Source: Alphaproteobacteria bacterium MarineAlpha9_Bin3 (GTDB lineage Bacteria; Pseudomonadota; Alphaproteobacteria; TMED109). From it: a stretch of 64,000 nucleotides of DNA. The translations under genes were made by a program, and so were the position numbers. The stretch is from positions 8,781 to 72,780 of the forward strand of contig PTKH01000005.1 of assembly GCA_002937655.1 (NCBI GenBank), written 5' to 3'. Position 1 is the stretch's first letter. Each line of letters begins with the position of its first letter. The notes under the pieces were generated by a model. It made no database searches and was not told where the DNA came from. It worked only from the letters and a program-made list of their open reading frames with translations. Positions 9,885 through 20,624 of this stretch are shown here, one piece after another.

Positions 9885-10368
9885 TATTATTTACTTTTTT
9901 TGGTAAAAAACGCATTTTAACTTTATCAGAATTCTTGTCACTAGTAATTTGGCTTACTCCAGTATTTAAATCCATTATAAGTAACTCGCCTTTCATAATA
10001 TTATCATCTTTTTTGAGTGTTACAGTATCTTCTATAATTATATTATTCTTTATAAAATCATATTTCGCATTTTTCCCTGTAGCAATTTCTTTTTTATTAG
10101 TAAAAATTACATTTCCTTCAGCTTCTATTAAAATAATTTCATTATTATTAGCTTCATTATCTAAATGCACCACTAATTTATTTGCAGAAATTTTTTTATC
10201 ACCTTGAGTTGCTAATGCATTTCCTATTGCATAAGCTACTTTCTTATCGTCATTCCATTGCATTTCATCAGCTATTATATCTACGGGAATTACATCATTA
10301 GCTAGTGAACTTAAGGATATAAAAAATAATATATAAATAATTTTTATATTTTTTATAATATATTTCAT
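9874..10368 (-). CDS. lptA: LPS transport periplasmic protein LptA (OstA-like)
   Basis: 164 aa with a signal peptide and beta-jellyroll-like repeats. Positioned between lptC and lptB. Confidence 0.75.
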   Translation of the reverse strand: MKYIIKNIKIIYILFFISLSSLANDVIPVDIIADEMQWNDDKKVAYAIGNALATQGDKKISANKLVVHLDNEANNNEIILIEAEGNVIFTNKKEIATGKNAKYDFIKNNIIIEDTVTLKKDDNIMKGELLIMDLNTGVSQITSDKNSDKVKMRFLPKKVNNNDE

Positions 10369-11042
10369 TTGATATTACCTTTATTATTACTTAAAGAAAG
10401 TATAGGCCTTCCTTTTAAATTTATGGTAGAATTTTCTAAATTATAAATAAAACCTTTTCCATTTAGTGATCCCCAACTCCCATCAACAATAATATTTTCG
10501 TTGCTACTTATTAAATTGTCATCAACATTATAAGTTATTTCATTAGTAAAAAATTTTGTACCTCTCGAAGATTCTATAATAACATCATTTTTAAGTTCTA
10601 AAATATTTTTATTATTATTTAATATACCTTTTGTGGCATAAAAATACATATCTTTTTCATTTGATAGTTTATAATGTCCTTCAGGTTTTTTTAAAATAAT
10701 TATTGCTGAATTAGAAATATCTTTTTTCGCTTCATATGCTTTTACAGTAAAAATAGATTTGTTTTTATTTTTAAATAGTATAACTGGCTTTACTAAAGTA
10801 TCAGGCTGGTTGATTTCTTGGTCTTTATCTATATTTAAAATTTCTTTATTTGGAACTTTTTGCCACCATCTTATAATTATAATTATTGATAATACAATTA
10901 ATGAAATAATTATAATTTTTAATATATATTTTTTTATACTAAATTTTTTAGTTGTATCTTTTTCTCTGTTTTGAACATTATTTATCCAAGATTTATGGAA
11001 AGGTTTATTTTGCAATTTCATAACTATTGATTTTTGATGCAA
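10365..11042 (-). CDS. lptC: LPS export system protein LptC
   Basis: 225 aa with a single N-terminal TM helix. Positioned between kdsD and lptA. Confidence 0.7.
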   Translation of the reverse strand: MHQKSIVMKLQNKPFHKSWINNVQNREKDTTKKFSIKKYILKIIIISLIVLSIIIIIRWWQKVPNKEILNIDKDQEINQPDTLVKPVILFKNKNKSIFTVKAYEAKKDISNSAIIILKKPEGHYKLSNEKDMYFYATKGILNNNKNILELKNDVIIESSRGTKFFTNEITYNVDDNLISSNENIIVDGSWGSLNGKGFIYNLENSTINLKGRPILSLSNNKGNIK

Positions 11043-11983
11043 TCATGAATATGAATAATTCCTTGTGGAATTTTTGACTTTTTATTTGAAACAAATAAAG
11101 CAGTAATTTTGTTATCATTCATCATTTTTATGGCATTTTTTATATTTTCACTTGGTTCTATGCTTAATGGTTTCTTTGTCATAACCTTACTTATAGGCAT
11201 ATCTATGAAATTTTTAGAAATATTTCTTCTCAAATCCCCATCTGTAATAATACCAATTAAAATATTTTTTTCATTTGTAATTCCTACACAGCCAAATCCA
11301 TATGAAGTCATCTTTAATAAAGCCTCTCTCATTGTTTTCTTTTGATTTATAAGAGGTATTTTAGATTTTGTATGCATTAAATCTTTTACTTGTAAAAGAC
11401 TATGTCCTAACATACCACCTGGGTGATATTTTTTAAAATGAGCTTCATTAAATTTTCTTTTGTTCATAAGTTCTATTGCGATACTATCTCCAAGAACAAG
11501 CATCATAGTGGTAGAAGTAGTAGGAGCTAAGTTCAGAGGACAAGCTTCATTTATTTTTGGAATTAAACAAGAAATAGTAGCACTTTTTGCAAGAAAACTA
11601 TTTGGATTAGATGTAATTGCAATAAGTTTAATCTTATTCTTTATCACAAAATTTATTATAGGCATCATTTCCTTTGTTTCGCCTGATTTAGATAAAGCTA
11701 TTAAAATATCATTCTTTTGAATTAAACCTAAATCGCCATGACTGGCTTCGCTACTATTTATATAAGTAGATGGAGAGCCAGTAGAAGAAAGAGTAGCAGA
11801 TAATTTTAAACCAATATAACCACTTTTTCCTATTCCAGTAATAATAATTTTACCTTTAGATTTAAATAATAGGTTGACGGCTCTTACAACAGATTGATCT
11901 ACTGATTTCTGAAGATCTAATAGCGCATTTGTTTGTTTCTTAATATTTTTTTTAATTGAATTTAGTTGTTTAGAATATGACAA
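11024..11983 (-). CDS. kdsD: arabinose-5-phosphate isomerase (KpsF/GutQ family)
   Basis: SIS domain (GIGKSGYIG, SKSGET) followed by a tandem CBS pair; 319 aa. Confidence 0.85.
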   Translation of the reverse strand: MSYSKQLNSIKKNIKKQTNALLDLQKSVDQSVVRAVNLLFKSKGKIIITGIGKSGYIGLKLSATLSSTGSPSTYINSSEASHGDLGLIQKNDILIALSKSGETKEMMPIINFVIKNKIKLIAITSNPNSFLAKSATISCLIPKINEACPLNLAPTTSTTMMLVLGDSIAIELMNKRKFNEAHFKKYHPGGMLGHSLLQVKDLMHTKSKIPLINQKKTMREALLKMTSYGFGCVGITNEKNILIGIITDGDLRRNISKNFIDMPISKVMTKKPLSIEPSENIKNAIKMMNDNKITALFVSNKKSKIPQGIIHIHDCIKNQ

Positions 11984-12013
11984 ATTATAGCTCCTGATTA
12001 ATATTATATTTTT

Positions 12014-12631
12014 CTAATGATCAAAAATATCAGGTTCATTCCATCCATTTAAGTCTAAATATGCCCTAATTCCAACAAATTGAAATAGCTTATCTGCTAA
12101 CTCATCTCTGTTTTCTCGCTTTAATATAATATCTAGTTCATTTTTTATTTTATGAAGATATAAAACGTCAGAAGCCGCATATAATAATTGTTCATGGCTT
12201 AGTTTCTGACTTCCCCAATCTGAGCTTTGTTTTTGTTTTGATATATCTATATTAATTAGTTCTTTACATAATTCTTTAAGTCCATGCCTATCAGTATAAG
12301 TTCTAATTAATTTTGAAGCTATTTTAGTACAATAAATATTTTCGCACATGATGCCCATATTATTATAAATAGCAGCTAAATCAAATCGAGCATAATGGAA
12401 TATTTTTTTTATATTTTTATTTTTTAATAATTTTTCTAATACTGGGTATGACGAATTTTCTTTTATTTGTACAAGATGTGCATAATTATCACCATTAGAA
12501 ATTTGCACTAGACATAGCCGATCTCTTTTGAAATCCAATCCCATAGTTTCCGTATCAATAGCTATGCAATTAGAGAATTCTAAATCATTTGGTAAGTCAC
12601 TATCGTATAAAGTGTAATTGTTTTCCTGCAT
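12014..12631 (-). CDS. 3'-5' exonuclease, short RNase D-like (DEDDy)
   Basis: IAIDTETMGL and YAASDVLYL exonuclease motifs; 205 aa. Confidence 0.75.
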   Translation of the reverse strand: MQENNYTLYDSDLPNDLEFSNCIAIDTETMGLDFKRDRLCLVQISNGDNYAHLVQIKENSSYPVLEKLLKNKNIKKIFHYARFDLAAIYNNMGIMCENIYCTKIASKLIRTYTDRHGLKELCKELINIDISKQKQSSDWGSQKLSHEQLLYAASDVLYLHKIKNELDIILKRENRDELADKLFQFVGIRAYLDLNGWNEPDIFDH

Positions 12632-12801
12632 ATTTACTCCATTAAAATAATTTTATATTATCTTTTTAAATTTACCTAGCTAAATTAAATATCATTAAAT
12701 ATTTTTTAATATAATAAATGCTTTTATCTGTATTTTATTTATTACTTTTTTATATTATATAATTATGTATATAAAATTGATTATTTTAGAAAGGTTTATT
12801 T

Positions 12802-13740
12802 GTGAATTTAAGTAAGAAAAGTAGGACGGTAGTAATTTTTGGAGCTTCAGGTTTTCTTGGTAGATATATTGTAAATGAATTACTAAAAAGTAATTGGATT
12901 ATAAAAGTATTTGTAAGAAATCCTAATAAAGCAAAGCATCTCACATTAATGGGAAAATTAGGACAGGTTTCTATATACCAATGCGATATTACGGATTCTG
13001 ATAAGGTAGAAAAGAGTATAATTAATGCTAATAAAGTTATTAATTTAGTTGGAATATTAGAGGAAAAAAATAAGCAAAATTTTAAAAATATTCATTTAAT
13101 AGGGGCAACAAATATTGCAAATGGTTGTTTAAAAAATGATGTGGATAGTTATATACATTTTTCTGCTTTAGGTTTATACAATGGAGAACATTCAAAGTAT
13201 GCTAAAAGTAAGTTGGATGCTGAAAATACAATAAAAAATATTTTTAAAAATACAATTATATTTAAGCCTAGTGTGGTTTTTGGTCCAGAAGATCAATTTA
13301 CAAATAAGTTTGCTAAAATGGCATCTATATCATTATTTTTACCTTTAATAAATTCGGGAAAAACTAAATTTCAACCAGTATACGTAAAAGATATTGCTAG
13401 AGCCGTAAGCATAGTAATAAATAATAATATTCATAATGGAAAAATATATAATCTTGGTGGTCCAGAAATTTTGAATTTTAAAGAAATATTAGATCTTATT
13501 TTAATTAAAATTAAAAAGAAAAGATATTATATTAATCTTTCTTTTCCGATGGCTAAGCTAATAAGTCTTTTATTTTATGTGTCTCCAATTAAGCCAATTA
13601 CATTAGATCAAGTTAGATTATTAGAAAAAGATAATATCCTGCCTGAAAAGGGATTAGGATTTAGAGACTTAGGTATCAGTCCTTCTTCTCTAGTTTCAAT
13701 ATCAGGACATTATTTAAAAAGATATATATCTAAATATTAA
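12802..13740 (+). CDS. NAD(P)H-binding complex I NDUFA9-like SDR protein
   Basis: GTG start. IFGASGFLGRYIV Rossmann motif and YAKSK catalytic pair; 312 aa, typical of alphaproteobacteria. Confidence 0.7.
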   Translation: MNLSKKSRTVVIFGASGFLGRYIVNELLKSNWIIKVFVRNPNKAKHLTLMGKLGQVSIYQCDITDSDKVEKSIINANKVINLVGILEEKNKQNFKNIHLIGATNIANGCLKNDVDSYIHFSALGLYNGEHSKYAKSKLDAENTIKNIFKNTIIFKPSVVFGPEDQFTNKFAKMASISLFLPLINSGKTKFQPVYVKDIARAVSIVINNNIHNGKIYNLGGPEILNFKEILDLILIKIKKKRYYINLSFPMAKLISLLFYVSPIKPITLDQVRLLEKDNILPEKGLGFRDLGISPSSLVSISGHYLKRYISKY

Positions 13741-14530
13741 TTAAATAAAGTATTATAATACCCATTGTTATCCTGTATATTACAAATGGTAGAAAAGTAT
13801 AATTTTTTAGCCACTTAATAATAAAAACAATAGATAAATATGCAAAAGCAAAAGATAATACTAGCACTAAAATTATGGGTATAATTTCCTGTTTGCTAAT
13901 TATATTATTAAAAAGCCAAATAGTTTCAATAGTCATTGCACCCAAGATTGTTGGAATCCCTGAATAAAGTCCAAGTTTTGTTGCGTCTATTCTAGAAATT
14001 TTAAGTATTCTAGCAGCTGTAATTATCATACCTGCTCTTGAAGCTCCCGGTATAAGTGCAAATACTTGAAAAAATCCTATGAATAAAGAATTACGTATAG
14101 AAAGAGAGTAAATGTTCTTTTCTTCTCCTTTATAATTGTCAGAAATATAGAGCAAACTGGCACCAATTATGCTAGCCCAAGCAATTATATTTAAAGATAA
14201 AAGTTCTTTGTCTAGATTTTTAAAAATAAATAGTCCAATTATTAATATTGGTATAGTAATTATAAATATATTTCTTATAAGAAGAATATGATGATTCTCT
14301 TTAAAGTAATTAAATTTACCATAGGAATAAAGAATTTCTAGTAGATCCTTTTTCAAATAGATACCTACAGCAAATAAGCTTCCTAGATGAGCAGAAATGG
14401 CCATAGTTCTCCCTGAAATAGGCCAATCAAATAAATATTCTAAGATAAATAAATGAGCAGAAGAAGATATAGGAAGGAATTCTGTGATACCTTGAATAAT
14501 TGAATATATAATAATTTCCCAGAAATTCAT
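13730..14530 (-). CDS. uppP: undecaprenyl-diphosphate phosphatase
   Basis: Polytopic membrane protein with the EFLPISSSAHL and PGASRAG BacA/UppP motifs. Confidence 0.9.
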   Translation of the reverse strand: MNFWEIIIYSIIQGITEFLPISSSAHLFILEYLFDWPISGRTMAISAHLGSLFAVGIYLKKDLLEILYSYGKFNYFKENHHILLIRNIFIITIPILIIGLFIFKNLDKELLSLNIIAWASIIGASLLYISDNYKGEEKNIYSLSIRNSLFIGFFQVFALIPGASRAGMIITAARILKISRIDATKLGLYSGIPTILGAMTIETIWLFNNIISKQEIIPIILVLVLSFAFAYLSIVFIIKWLKNYTFLPFVIYRITMGIIILYLINI

Positions 14531-14613
14531 TACTAGTTTCCATAAATAAATATTTTTTTATTATTTAAACAGTTAATGTTAATTAGTTTATACTTTATTT
14601 AATTATTTTAATA

Positions 14614-15297
14614 ATGGAATATTTAAAAATGACTATATTGTACCATTTGCCATTCTCTGCAAATTGCAGATTAGTAAGAATAGCACTTGCGGAGAAGAAA
14701 TTAGAGGCAAAATATATAGTTGAGCCCATCTGGGAAAGAAGAAATGCTTTTTTACAAGTCAACCCAGAAGGACAAGTGCCTGTCTTATTAATAAAAGATA
14801 ATGACTATATTGTAGGTTCAACTGTGATAATAGAGTGGTTAGAAGAAGTAATTCCCTCAAATAGTCTGATTGGAAAAGATATCAATTTTAGAGCCGAAGT
14901 TAGAAGAATAATGGGTTGGTTCAATAATAAATTTAGCAATGAGGTAGAATCTACAATAGTATTTGAAAAAATTATGAAAGTTTTTATAGGCAAAGGCACT
15001 CCTGATGCAAATATATTAAGGGTAGGTAGAAAAAATCTATTAGTGCATTTACAATATATAGACTGGTTAAGTAAAAATAGAGATTGGTTAGCTGGAGATA
15101 ATTATAGCGCAGCAGATATTAGTGCAGCAGCAAATTTATCCATACTAGATTACTTAGGAGAAATAAAATGGAAAGATTATTCCTTTGTAAAGGAGTGGTA
15201 TGCGAGAGTTAAGTCCCGTCCTTCGTTTAGAGGTGTTCTTTCAGATAAAATACCAGGTCTTCTTCCGCCTAAATATTATACAGATTTAGATTTTTAA
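14614..15297 (+). CDS. glutathione S-transferase family protein
   Basis: Thioredoxin-like N-terminal domain (QVPVL, EWLEE) plus a helical C-terminal domain. An alternative start is the Met at 14629. Confidence 0.75.
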   Translation: MEYLKMTILYHLPFSANCRLVRIALAEKKLEAKYIVEPIWERRNAFLQVNPEGQVPVLLIKDNDYIVGSTVIIEWLEEVIPSNSLIGKDINFRAEVRRIMGWFNNKFSNEVESTIVFEKIMKVFIGKGTPDANILRVGRKNLLVHLQYIDWLSKNRDWLAGDNYSAADISAAANLSILDYLGEIKWKDYSFVKEWYARVKSRPSFRGVLSDKIPGLLPPKYYTDLDF

Positions 15298-15345
15298 TGA
15301 ATTTATTTAAATTAGTAGATATATTATTTTTAGGAGAATAAATTT

Positions 15346-16623
15346 ATGGAATCCTTTTCTAGTATAGTTGAGACATTTTTATCAATAATTAAAAATTTCA
15401 TTAATAATAATATATTGATACCTTCAGGGAATATTTGGTTATCAGATGTATTTTTTTATCACTTACTTTTAGTTATTTTATTAACAGCTGTATTTTCACT
15501 AATTTTTAATAAATTAATAATTGTTTTTATAAGAAGTTGGCTTAGAAAGTTAAATTTTAATATAGGAAAGCAATTACTGGAAAAGAAAGTATTAGTTCCT
15601 ATTGGGTGGGCAATTCCGATACTAATATTTGAAGCGGGTTTAGGAAATTATTCGCCAGAAGAAGGCGTTATTGCCCGGTTAATGAAATCACTCATAACTC
15701 TAATTTTCATTTTATCTCTTACACGATTTATATCTGCTATTTCGGATGTTTTAAAAGGTAATAAAACATTTACCGGTACCCCAATACAAAGTTACATGCA
15801 ACTTATTAAATTAATAATATATTTATTTGGCATCATTATTATTGTATGTACTTTATCAAATACTTCTCCCTGGACAATTTTGTCAGGTTTAGGAGCTTTA
15901 ACAGCTATATTATTATTAGTTTTTAAAGATACAATCTTAGGACTTGTCGCTTCTATTCAAGTTTTTGGCTCTGATACTATAAGAGAAGGAGATTGGGTGA
16001 CAATACCTTCATTAAATATAGATGGAGATTGTATAGAAGTTGGATTACATACTGTGACTGTAAGATCTTGGGATAAAGCTTTAATTACATTTCCAAGTGC
16101 AAAGCTATTAGAGCATCCATTTAAAAATTGGAGGGGTATGGAGGAAGCTGGTGGACGAAGAATAAAACGTGCTATTTTTATCGACCAGGAATCGATTTGT
16201 TTTATAGATAAACCTCTTAAAGAGAAATTATTAAAAATTAGTCTTTTGACTAAGCATTTTGAAGCTAAGAAAAAAGAGATAGAAAAAGCAAATGCTCAAT
16301 TAGATGAAGATACAATTAATCATAGAAAGCTTACTAATATAGGAGTATTTAGATCTTATTTAATAGAGTATCTAAAAAACCATGAAAAAATTAATGAAAA
16401 TTTAACTCTTATGGTTAGACAGTTAGCACCTGGCAGTTCAGGATTACCAGTTGAAATTTATGCTTTTACTTCATCGGTAGAGTGGACAGATTATGAATCT
16501 GTTCAATCGGATATTTTTGATCATATTTTAGCAATTATATCTTTATTTGATCTAAAATTGACGCAATCACCATCTGGACATGATATAAAAAATTTTTTAA
16601 TTAATTATGATCAAAAAAAATAA
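15346..16623 (+). CDS. mechanosensitive ion channel (MscS family)
   Basis: Several N-terminal TM helices, then the MscS beta-domain GDWVTI...GDCIEVGLHTVTVRSWD. Confidence 0.8.
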   Translation: MESFSSIVETFLSIIKNFINNNILIPSGNIWLSDVFFYHLLLVILLTAVFSLIFNKLIIVFIRSWLRKLNFNIGKQLLEKKVLVPIGWAIPILIFEAGLGNYSPEEGVIARLMKSLITLIFILSLTRFISAISDVLKGNKTFTGTPIQSYMQLIKLIIYLFGIIIIVCTLSNTSPWTILSGLGALTAILLLVFKDTILGLVASIQVFGSDTIREGDWVTIPSLNIDGDCIEVGLHTVTVRSWDKALITFPSAKLLEHPFKNWRGMEEAGGRRIKRAIFIDQESICFIDKPLKEKLLKISLLTKHFEAKKKEIEKANAQLDEDTINHRKLTNIGVFRSYLIEYLKNHEKINENLTLMVRQLAPGSSGLPVEIYAFTSSVEWTDYESVQSDIFDHILAIISLFDLKLTQSPSGHDIKNFLINYDQKK

Positions 16624-16632
16624 TTTTCTTTT

Positions 16633-17787
16633 ATGAGTAGTTTATTAGAAAGTATTAAATATAGAGCTTATAAATTAGAGTTTGATGATATTGGTATTTG
16701 TGAAGCTAAAATACCGGCAGAGATTTCTCAACATCTTAAAGAATTTGTTTCTGAGGGTAGACATGGTTCAATGAATTGGATCTCAGATACTCTAGAAAGA
16801 AGACTTCACCCTAAAAATATGTGGGAGGATGCTAGGACAGCTATTATCTTAAGTGCTAACTACGGTCCTGAAAATAATCCTTTAAATAAAATACAAAATA
16901 AGAACTTGGGAAATATTAGCGTATATGCGCAAAATAAAGATTATCATAAAATTATAAAAGGAAAATTAAAGAATCTTGCTAGTTGGATTGTATCTAAAAC
17001 AAATGGGGATGTTAAAGTTTTTGTAGATACCGCTCCATTAATGGAAAAACCTCTAGCTGAAGCGGCTGGTCTAGGATGGATAGGTAAACACACGAATTTA
17101 GTGAGCCCTCATTTTGGAAGTTGGTTATTCCTTGGAGTTATTTTACTGGATACAGAAATTATTGAATTAAATAAAAAATCAAATGTTAATAAATGCGGAA
17201 CTTGCTCTAAATGCTTAGATATTTGCCCAACAAATGCATTTATAGGCCCTTATAAATTAGATGCAAGAAAATGTATATCATATTTAACAATTGAAAATAA
17301 AAGCCATATTCCAAGAGAGTTTCGTAGGTTAATTGGAAATCGAATATATGGTTGTGATGATTGTTTAGCTATATGTCCTTGGAATAAATTTGCAAAAATA
17401 TCTACTACTATATCATTTCTTCCAAGAGAGACCTTAAAAAACCCTACACTAAAAAATTTGTCACTTTTGTCAGAAGGCGATTTTAAGTTATTATTTTCAG
17501 GATCGCCAGTAAAGAGGATTGGTAGAAAAAGATTTATAAGAAACGTATTAATAGCGATTGGGAATTCATCAGATAAATCATTAATAGACAATACAATAAG
17601 ACTTTTAGATGATAATTCTAGCATAGTAAGAGTAGCCGCTATATGGGCTTTAGGACAATTATCAAAAAATTTATTTTTATATGAAATAGAAAATAGAATA
17701 AAGTTCGAAAAAAATAAAGATGTGATTAATGAGTGGTTAGAATCTAAATATGAATTAGAAACATCAAAATTGGAAAATAATGTATGA
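16633..17787 (+). CDS. queG: tRNA epoxyqueuosine(34) reductase
   Basis: Two 4Fe-4S motifs (CGTCSKCLDICP, CDDCLAICPWN) and a C-terminal HEAT-like repeat. Confidence 0.85.
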   Translation: MSSLLESIKYRAYKLEFDDIGICEAKIPAEISQHLKEFVSEGRHGSMNWISDTLERRLHPKNMWEDARTAIILSANYGPENNPLNKIQNKNLGNISVYAQNKDYHKIIKGKLKNLASWIVSKTNGDVKVFVDTAPLMEKPLAEAAGLGWIGKHTNLVSPHFGSWLFLGVILLDTEIIELNKKSNVNKCGTCSKCLDICPTNAFIGPYKLDARKCISYLTIENKSHIPREFRRLIGNRIYGCDDCLAICPWNKFAKISTTISFLPRETLKNPTLKNLSLLSEGDFKLLFSGSPVKRIGRKRFIRNVLIAIGNSSDKSLIDNTIRLLDDNSSIVRVAAIWALGQLSKNLFLYEIENRIKFEKNKDVINEWLESKYELETSKLENNV

Positions 17788-18656
17788 AAAATATTTCTAT
17801 TTTAGGTTTAGGAAATATTTCTTATGAACTATGTTCCTTACTAATCAAAGCAGGCTTTAATGTTTTTGGCTCAACTGATAATTCTGTTAGAAAAAAAAAT
17901 TTAAAAAATATTGGTGTTAGAGTTTATACTAGAAATAATATAGCAGAATGTATTTCAAAAGCTGACAAATTAATCATTACTATTCCTCCAAATAACTTTG
18001 GATGTAAAATAATTAACAACTATTCCAAGGAAATTATTAAATCCAAAATAAAATGGATTGGTTATTTATCAAGCACTTCTGTTTATGGCAATTATGATGG
18101 CAAAAAAGTCAATGAGCAAAGTATTCTAAAACCTAAAGAATTAGCTGCACAGTTCCGTGTTAAAGCTGAGAAGGATATAGAAGAGTTTGGAAAAAAATAT
18201 TCAATATCAGTGGAAATATTTAGGTTAGCTGGAATCTATGGAAATAATAGAAATATCATTAATAATATTTTATCAAAAAAAATTAAGCCAATCTTTAAAG
18301 AAGGGCATTATTTTAACAGGATACATGAAAAAGATATAGCTAGGGTGTTATGTTTGGCGTGTTCAAAAAAAATGAATTCAGGAATAATTAATTTATCAGA
18401 TAATTTACCTGCTCCCCAATTAGATGTAATAAAATTTGCATTTAGTATTATGAATAAAAAAATGCCTAAGCCTGTAAATTACTTAGATATAATTGAGGAT
18501 ATGTCTCCAAAAGTAATACAATTTTGGGAAAATAATAGGAGGGTTGATAACTCTTTATTAAAAAATAAATATGGTAATTTATTATATCCAACTTACAAAG
18601 AGGGTTTAAAATATATTTATGAATGCGAAACGTTACAATCTTCTAATAGAGATTGA
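17784..18656 (+). CDS. NAD(P)-binding SDR/epimerase-family protein
   Basis: Weak Rossmann N-terminus (ILGLGNISYEL) and an SSTSVYG motif. Start overlaps the queG stop (ATGA). Confidence 0.5.
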   Translation: MKNISILGLGNISYELCSLLIKAGFNVFGSTDNSVRKKNLKNIGVRVYTRNNIAECISKADKLIITIPPNNFGCKIINNYSKEIIKSKIKWIGYLSSTSVYGNYDGKKVNEQSILKPKELAAQFRVKAEKDIEEFGKKYSISVEIFRLAGIYGNNRNIINNILSKKIKPIFKEGHYFNRIHEKDIARVLCLACSKKMNSGIINLSDNLPAPQLDVIKFAFSIMNKKMPKPVNYLDIIEDMSPKVIQFWENNRRVDNSLLKNKYGNLLYPTYKEGLKYIYECETLQSSNRD

Positions 18657-19381
18657 ATTACCGATATAATTTTGTTTAATTGTTTTTTATCTGAAAGTCT
18701 GTGATCACCATTTTTTAATATTATTAACTCTGAGAGTGCATTATTACTTTTATTAAATATCTTTAAACTCTCTTTCCAACTAACGGCTTTATCTTGGTCG
18801 CCATGTATAAGTTTTAAAGGAAATGAAAACATATTTTTAGTAGTTAGAATCAAGTTTTTATTTCCTTCCTTAATAATTTTTTTTGTTATAATATAACCAT
18901 TTGGATCAAATTCTGAAGGTATATTAGTGTAACCCATTGTCTTTATTTCATTTTTTTGTTCCTGATTTAGTTCTTTTTGCCATAACTTTTTTGTAAAATC
19001 TGGAGCTGCAGCTATTGTTACTACACCTTTTATTTTTAATGGATTCATTAAACCAATTTTTAGAGCTATCCATCCTCCCATACTCGAACCTATTAGTATT
19101 TGAGGTTTTGTAGGTACTTTATTTAATACTTCTGCTGCATCTTCAATCCATTCTTTAAAAGATGTATTAATAAATTTTTCAGAAGATTTTCCATGCCCTG
19201 AATAGTCAAATAAAGTACACTCATATTTATTTTTTTTACACCATTTAAATATGTATTGAGCTTTGGTTCCAGTCATATCTGAACAAAAACCACTAAAAAA
19301 TATAAAGCCAATTTTAGATTCACCTTTATTATATTGATAGGCAATTTTTCTATTATGGCTTGTAAGTAATGTTTTATGCAT
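18617..19381 (-). CDS. alpha/beta hydrolase
   Basis: GSSMGG nucleophile elbow and a C-terminal GDHRL. Its 3' end overlaps the convergent gene by 40 nt. Confidence 0.7.
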   Translation of the reverse strand: MHKTLLTSHNRKIAYQYNKGESKIGFIFFSGFCSDMTGTKAQYIFKWCKKNKYECTLFDYSGHGKSSEKFINTSFKEWIEDAAEVLNKVPTKPQILIGSSMGGWIALKIGLMNPLKIKGVVTIAAAPDFTKKLWQKELNQEQKNEIKTMGYTNIPSEFDPNGYIITKKIIKEGNKNLILTTKNMFSFPLKLIHGDQDKAVSWKESLKIFNKSNNALSELIILKNGDHRLSDKKQLNKIISVIQSLLEDCNVSHS

Positions 19382-19448
19382 TAAAGTAATTTCATATTAT
19401 TTATTTTATTTTTATTAATATAATTAAATTTATTTTTGAAAGAATTTT

Positions 19449-20624
19449 ATGACAGTAGATATTAAAAATTATAGAGTTTTGCAAGTTTTACCTCACTTAA
19501 ATAGTGGAGGTCTTGTCTCTGGTGCTGTAGAAATTTCTAATGCTTTACAGAAATCAGGACACTATTCTTTTGTTGCTTCAAATGGAGGAAGAAGAGAAAG
19601 AGAAATAACAAGGGAAGGAGGTAAAGTTATATTATTGCCACTTTCGAGTAAAAACCCCATAACTATATTTAGAAATATTTACAGATTATCTAAAATAATT
19701 AAACAAAATAACATACATGTAATTCATGCAAGGAGCAGAGCTCCTGCTTGGAGTGCTTACTTTGCAGCAAAAAAAATGGGTATTCCTTTTATTACTACTT
19801 TTCACGGAACGTACTCTTTTAAAGGAAAATTAAAAAAAAAATATAATAGTGTAATGACTAAAGGAGATAGAGTTATAGCTATAAGTAATTTTATTAAAAA
19901 ACATATTATTAACAATTATTATGTTAGTAGTGAAAAAGTAGTTACTATTCACAGAGGTATTAATATTGATACTTTTAATCATTTAAAAATTTCTGATGAA
20001 AGGTTAATTTCTTTTTGTAAAAAATTTAATATACCAGAAGATTATATTGTTATTTTATTACCTGGGAGAATAACAAGATGGAAAGGACATAAAACTCTGA
20101 TAAAGGCTGTTGCAATGCTTGGAAGAGATGATTTTATTTGTTTATTTGTTGGTGACACGCAAGGTAGATATAAGTATTTTAATGAATTAAATTCAGCTAT
20201 TGATAAATTAGGCTTATCAAATAATTTTAGAATTATTGAAAATCAAATTGATATGGCAGCTATTTATAAATTAGCAGATGTGGTTGTTTCCGCCTCTACT
20301 GACCCTGAAGCCTTTGGTAGGGTAGTTGCTGAGGCTCAAGCTATGGGTAGACTTACAGTTGCCGTTAACCATGGAGGTGCACCAGAAATTATTTTAAAAG
20401 ATATAACGGGTTGGTTGTTTGAACCAGGAGATTCAATTGATTTGTCTGACAAAATAAGTAAAGCTCTAAAATTAGACGATTTAGAAAGAAAAGAAGTATC
20501 TTCTAAAGCTATACAAAGGACAGTGTCAAATTTTAATAATGATACAATGTGCTTAAAAACTTTAAAAATTTATGCAGATCTAATAAATAGTAATAATAAT
20601 GAAAAACAATATATTAGTAATTAA
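19449..20624 (+). CDS. glycosyltransferase family 4 (GT-B)
   Basis: C-terminal EAFGRVVAEAQAMG (E-x7-E) motif; 391 aa. Confidence 0.8.
   Translation: MTVDIKNYRVLQVLPHLNSGGLVSGAVEISNALQKSGHYSFVASNGGRREREITREGGKVILLPLSSKNPITIFRNIYRLSKIIKQNNIHVIHARSRAPAWSAYFAAKKMGIPFITTFHGTYSFKGKLKKKYNSVMTKGDRVIAISNFIKKHIINNYYVSSEKVVTIHRGINIDTFNHLKISDERLISFCKKFNIPEDYIVILLPGRITRWKGHKTLIKAVAMLGRDDFICLFVGDTQGRYKYFNELNSAIDKLGLSNNFRIIENQIDMAAIYKLADVVVSASTDPEAFGRVVAEAQAMGRLTVAVNHGGAPEIILKDITGWLFEPGDSIDLSDKISKALKLDDLERKEVSSKAIQRTVSNFNNDTMCLKTLKIYADLINSNNNEKQYISN

Noticed and set aside
17250-17624. 124-aa antisense ORF inside queG, together with 14805-14999, 21843-22100, 23613-23927, 24804-24992, 25391-25588, 26449-26646, 29920-30120, 30367-30549, 33014-33214, 34199-34381, 40397-40582, 44450-44647, 44985-45254, 47049-47348, 51582-51797, 54755-54997, 61766-62086, 62241-62426, 62591-62824 and 63669-63860
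   Set aside because: Shadow ORFs opposite well-supported genes or opposite the tRNA. None has a motif, a start context or an independent spacer.
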